64,000 nt of DNA from Perkinsus chesapeaki ATCC PRA-425. Taxonomy: Eukaryota > Protista > Perkinsozoa. Numbering within the stretch: position 1 is the stretch's first letter; every line of letters starts with the position of its first letter. The translations under genes were made by a program, and so were the position numbers. Of this stretch, positions 58,771 through 64,000 are shown piece after piece. Under the pieces are notes generated by a model that ran no database searches, had not been told where the DNA came from, and saw only the letters and a program-made list of their open reading frames with translations. The stretch lies in NCBI GenBank assembly GCA_013115145.1, contig JAAPAO010000127.1, positions 3,552 to 67,551 of the forward strand, in the 5' to 3' direction.

Positions 58771-59910
58771 ATGTCCCGAGAACCGGCACAGCCTTCGAAT
58801 ACATTCGATGAGGTATGCACCGTGTTTCCGAATCACCAGTTCTAAGGGACTGTCGCTGTGTGGTCACAGTGTGATCGTCTACGTAGGAGAAGTGAGAAGC
58901 GTTCATCAGGTCAACCTTGAACGAGGTGCACGGGTTGACGGAGCTGAAATAGACATTTTAAGGGCATACTTTTACAAAGTTGTAATAATTACAACTTGCA
59001 CGACCCATAACCGAAGGCTCTTTCTAAATTATTACTTCTCCGATATCCCGCTTTTAGAGCTCCCAACACGGCGTGTGTTCCAGCGAGGACCTTCCTGGAC
59101 TGATGCGTCGGTGCGGTTTCGCCCCGTCAAAGAAAATGTTAGTCGCGTACCAAGTAAACGGGGAGCTGGCGTTACCTGATACAAGCCACCACCTTTGGGA
59201 CTCACTGCCCACTTACGCGATATTATATTATTATTTGACAGGCTGTAGTAGATGGCACCTACAGTAGGTGACATACTGAATCCCATCGTCAACGGGCGTT
59301 TTGCAATGTCACTGATTGTGGCAAACCGGCTCTGGTGGGAAGGGACCTTTACCCTTCCCAGGAGGAAATCAAGGACGCGGGAGACTTGATGTCTTTCGGC
59401 ACTTTCCTCGACTACTGTCGTCGGTGTCGCACGGATACGCCAAAGTACAGCCTGGATGAGCTGCTGGAATTCTGCAAATCACTGAGTAATGACGAGAAAG
59501 ATGGTGTTCTACCAGTCAAAGTGATCAGGTAGGTATATCTTATAATCATGTTGGGCATTATCCTGTTCCTTCGCCGGATGGGGATAGGCCAAGCGAATGT
59601 GAAAATTCAGTCCAACTAGCGGCGACTACCGAAGTTGGGAACAGCATTAACAGAACGTGCTTACCAACTACGAGTTCTCCGGTTAGCAGGCCTTGTTACA
59701 CTCCTTGACTTTATGATATTGAATTGAGATTACGGGTGGGCTGTCCCAGTATGGGGTCACGTCACTTTCAGGAATCTCCTGGGAAATGTCGGAGAGCCAC
59801 TGGATGAAATCGAGCTAGAAAACTTCACCCGTGACTTTGCAGACAGCAGATCGGACAGCGTGGACTGTGCGCATATGCTTAGACGTGAGCTTAGAGCATC
59901 GATCATTTAG
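58771..59910 (+). CDS. EF-hand / myosin-light-chain-like protein, multi-exon
   Basis: GRDLYPSQEEIKDAG..SFGTFL..DELLEFCKSL..DGVLPVKVIR|NLLGNVGEPLDEIELENF resembles calmodulin/MLC lobes; 5' exons approximate. Confidence 0.6.
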
Positions 59911-61396
59911 GGGAATAGTTTCTCGCGTGAGGAGTAATTTCTTCGAGTAATCTTCGACGAAAATATCTGTTCCTGTCCAATTCATCATTTGTGGAGCGAG
60001 GTTTGTTTCCAGATCTGCTACAACTCTATAGGCAAGTCACATGCGCTTGCTAAACCTATAATCCATTGTTTCAAGTCGGAAGGTTTGGAACGTATTTCTA
60101 CGAGCCAGAATGATGCATGAGCGCAAATTGCGCTCATGCGGTGCGATGCGCAATGCGAGTGCTCCTATGCGCATTCGCTGGCTGGGATAGTGTGCCGATG
60201 TCGGTAGAAGAGTTGTGCACCGATTGTGCTTTATCCAGCCTGGATTGTGGGATCAACCGATGTTCACCGTTAAACTAGCGCTGTTGATTGCGTAATGAGA
60301 ATTCATGTCTATATTCCTTAGTCACGAAATTTTGAAGAGCGGTTTCGCCCGGTTCAGAAGAATGGGCCATTCGAGGTCTGAGTCGAGAGTTTTGACCCGA
60401 AACCAGTTTTGAGCTTTTGTGAAAGCATGAGTGTCGATTTCGATTTATGGGCCTAGCCTGTTGAACAACCCATCTGGCTGCAATGTAATCATTTTTTCGA
60501 ATCATAGCCTTTGACCTCGGTAACATCACTTGAACGCACGCGTGCGCGCACGCTGCGAGCCACGGAGTTGAAGCGACTCAATGGCGGGTTTCAGTTTCTC
60601 CGCTTTTCAGAATTGGCAACAGCACACGACCAAAACTTGGACGGCTTCGTTTGATAAGTGTCGAGTCTCCCGTCTCCCATCAAACGTGTTTAGTTCAATG
60701 GGGTTAAAACAAAAGGAAGTGTGGCACAGACCATCTTTCAAAGACGTGGATCGTGTTCCAGATGTGAATCACTTCCCATGGCTAACGACCGCTCTGGCTT
60801 CATACAAATGGGGTTGTGGGCTGAGTGAGGATCTCTCAAGCAAAGCCTATGCGTGCTGTGAACACTGTTCTTTATGTTCCTCACTCGCACTACTTTCTAT
60901 GCGCTCGTGCTATTTGGTCTCGGCGTCGTTTAACTCGAATGTTTTGTAGATGAGTCTCTATTTCCGGCTTTGGCACTACTATCGAGGCATTGGTCATGCA
61001 CATTCTTGCACTAGAACTGGTTCACGAGCAGGCATGGTGTTCCAGTGGTAATACTGTTGAGAAGAATTCGGTGTCAACTCTTCTATCTGTGCCGACCTGA
61101 CATTTTCGCCACTGTTTTTCCAGTGTTCTAACACTTCGCATTTATTTCGGTTATCTGTACTCCGTGGGAAGTAGCCACTTTTCTCGGTCACGTGACGCGA
61201 TCACGTGTTCATTGCAATAAGAACCATCTAGTTTTTCACTCTTTCTCAAGAGTTTTCCCATCTCCGTTCCCCTCACTGCGTTGGTTAATTGCCACATATC
61301 TATGCGTCGGCTCTTGAGTTAGGCATTTGCCTGGGGTGGTAAGGGTCGCACAAGGGATAACTTCAACCCCACAGTTTTTTTCAAATTCTTATCGCA

Positions 61397-62479
61397 ATGA
61401 TAACTTTCTATATCATATTATTATTGATAATCTCCCCTTTTCCATCTGATGCTGCACATTTGAAAGCGATTGAGATTAATGTATCTAGTACGAAATATTT
61501 CGCCGCCCCACCATCTAACCTAGTGTATCTTTGCTCTCGCAGTGTGGTCGATGAAAGACGGAAATCATCTAATTGGCCATCGGGGGACCTCACCATCCCG
61601 CGTAGCGACTGCCTCAGCTACGAGGACCTTCTCATCAATGATAATTGGCAGTCGAGGTTAACATGTGTTTTGGATACTACACGAGTCCTGTTAGAAGCCT
61701 TAGACTCAGTTGGTATCAAAGAGCGCTTCATAGCGTGGGGTAACCTTATCGGCTGGGTGAGGCACAATCATGGTTTGGTCCCATGGGACTATGACGCTGA
61801 CATTGCCCTTACTAAAGAGTCATGTCGATCTAGTATGCAAGAGCTGAAAAAGCGCGGTCACAGGAATATTGCACAAGTCCTTCAAGAGATTCTTCCGGAA
61901 GGCTACATGATGGCTAGGATAGCCAAAACCGATGTCCATAATCTCGATGCCTTTGACGATTGTGAACAAGACGAGATAAGAATCGAACAGTTTGCTGACG
62001 GCCGTAGGACATGCTTTGTCGATCTATGGTTCACTACTAGAGAAGCTACACCTAATAGCGGTTGTACATGTGATGATGATGTACCATCACCAAGGATGTG
62101 TTTCAACAGCTTTGATGCTAAAAGAGGATGCTTTGCTGAAGAAGATATATTCCCTTTGACAAAAGGACTATTGAGCAACACGGTAGAGGTTGAAGTGCCC
62201 AAAAATGCTGAGAAGGTTGTTAAGCGAATGTATCCCGATGGTGTTGGTATTGAGAATCTTGCGGCCGTTCCTGTAAATGTTTTCTTCGAACACGGCTGGA
62301 TTATGGTTGTGGCGAACGAAAGAACTCCCTTCGCTGTTATCAAACACTTGGATGCAATTCGCATCACGCTTTTGCTGGCTCTCGCCGTAAGCCTTGTATT
62401 AATCATCATTTTCTCTTTACATCGCAATAATTGGAAGCTCAACTATGCTCGGCCATCCGGAGCCTTGGAGTTAGAGTAA
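61397..62479 (+). CDS. licD: LicD/fukutin-family phosphotransferase with signal peptide and C-terminal TM
   Basis: WGNLIGWVRHNHGLVPWDYDADI matches the LicD GTLLGAVRH..IPWDxDxDI motif; also VDLW and EDIFPL. Confidence 0.85.
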   Translation: MITFYIILLLIISPFPSDAAHLKAIEINVSSTKYFAAPPSNLVYLCSRSVVDERRKSSNWPSGDLTIPRSDCLSYEDLLINDNWQSRLTCVLDTTRVLLEALDSVGIKERFIAWGNLIGWVRHNHGLVPWDYDADIALTKESCRSSMQELKKRGHRNIAQVLQEILPEGYMMARIAKTDVHNLDAFDDCEQDEIRIEQFADGRRTCFVDLWFTTREATPNSGCTCDDDVPSPRMCFNSFDAKRGCFAEEDIFPLTKGLLSNTVEVEVPKNAEKVVKRMYPDGVGIENLAAVPVNVFFEHGWIMVVANERTPFAVIKHLDAIRITLLLALAVSLVLIIIFSLHRNNWKLNYARPSGALELE

Positions 62480-64000
62480 TGAGCTACAATATTCGGCTTT
62501 GCCTACAACAGGCGCCTTGTGTTCATTAGTGTCAGATAGACCAGGACCGAATGTAAGCAACCTGTTTTAATCTGCCCTCATTTCACGAGTATTGACAGTG
62601 TCAATTTGACACAATAGAGTAGGTTCGAACTGTTCGTTAACAACCCTTTTCGGTCGATCTCTTGACTGTATTCATTCTCTAGCGCCGATGCGGGCAATAT
62701 TGTCTGGTGGAAAACGAGTCGGATAATAGTCGATATGAAGCTCATCGCGTTGAAATGTTGTATCCCCAGCTCTACGTCGACCGAGGTTGCGCTACTCATC
62801 CAGCCCCTGTTGCGTATTGACGCGTAAATACGACCGATCTTTAAGCTCATCAACTTTGATGAATGTTCCTAAATTGTAAGCTTTGCATCCCGCCAAATTT
62901 CTCATGCTTCCCAATAAACCACAGTGTGGTTACCGCACCGGCGGCTGAACATATTGCTCGAGTAACTTTACAACCTAATAGGGGCACATTGGCACCGTCA
63001 TCGAAATCTGTAGGCACTGCTGGATCGCCACTGCTAAGTCAACACCTCGGTATCTTCCGCTCTGGGTCCCGTAGTGATGTGTACCGAATAAAGAGTACTT
63101 AAGAAGCCTTCAGAGCACTAGATCATCTAGCCTAGATGCATGCATTCCCATGTATACGGGAAAGAGACCTGGGAGCCGCTTATACCATGATTCAGTACCA
63201 AACGTATAACCACAGACTGTGTGGCCCACAAGAGGCACCTTTTAAGAGTCTCCGACTTTATCGCAATCATTCGGATCATAGGTAATTCGTCAAGACTCAT
63301 TGGCGACGATCTGGGATCCCGCCGTGGACTCGAAAGTTTCAAGACTGGAAATTCGAGTCGAAAGACATTTGTCCTCTTCATGAGGACCTCTTGTACGTGG
63401 AACTTTAAATGATAAAGACTGATCGCATTCGAATGAAGATGTGAGTATTTCATGGAGATGAGCGTGCAATGGGATAGAACATTCATCGGAGACCAAGGTC
63501 GATTAGTAACTCACTCAAACAGTTACTTATATTAACGATTGTATTTCAATCATATACAAGTCTACCCTCGCCTGCTCCACCATGGATCCTTGATGTGTTC
63601 AGCACAAACTCTTAACATGTTACGATCGTATGTTCATACTCATTGCTATTTCAACCAACAATGAACCGGGAGGGGATGGGATAACACTATACATCATGCC
63701 AAGTGTACTGCCGAGCGGCTCGATAGATCCGTTTTGGTGTTGCCTGTGATCTCAGCGCCGCATTAGCAACAGCCCATCGGCTGGATCGTCTCCCTTTCGT
63801 GGAAGTGTTCCGCCCCGCTGTTCGGAGTCCGAACCCCGGACCATCGATCGACTGGCACATAACTTGCTAAATTTCGAAGGGGTCGCGTTCCAACGTGAGC
63901 AGCGAAACGGACATTCCACTCGTCACTCTGTTGTTGTGCAACTGCACAACAATGGAGCCTTAAGCTCAGCTCGACGCTAGTACTGCTACTAATGTACTAA

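Noticed and set aside
60581-60949. 122-aa Cys-rich ORF
   Set aside because: No recognisable domain or splice context; likely spurious
415-63496. Most short antisense or overlapping ORFs in the track (e.g. 5209-5898, 5659-6174, 57896-58369, 58186-58536, 61903-62442)
   Set aside because: They are shadows of real CDSs or microsatellites on other frames or strands

Overview
Eukaryotic protist DNA. Gene style (compact, ~40-60 nt GT-AG introns, tandem intronless secreted-protein families, decayed retroelements) suggests a Perkinsus-like alveolate; that assignment is inference. Recognisable genes: two tandem TIR-like transmembrane paralogs, a NOT2/CNOT2 homolog, a ~9 kb multi-exon USP7-like (MATH+UCH) deubiquitinase, a multi-exon RimK-type ATP-grasp enzyme of bacterial appearance, a 4-copy secreted/surface protein family, a decayed BEL/Pao LTR element, BET1-like SNARE, several hypothetical multi-exon genes, LINE and possible tyrosine-recombinase remnants, a polyQ secreted protein, an EF-hand/myosin-light-chain-like gene and a LicD-family phosphotransferase. 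The most striking signal is in the introns. Many introns of the 7-20 kb and 40-46 kb genes are built from a few recurring short cassettes that also occur as free intergenic copies and in both orientations: 14 tRNA 3'-end fragments of different sequence (T-arm + acceptor strand + oligo-T, no CCA), a GCGAAGC mini-hairpin motif, three other short motif/hairpin families, a 40-bp GTATCTT..AAGATAC element and GAAAATTTCC tracts. Several cassettes supply the splice sites themselves. This looks like an introner-like system that uses tRNA-gene fragments and micro-hairpin elements. All exon models were derived by eye; no alignment or database search was run.
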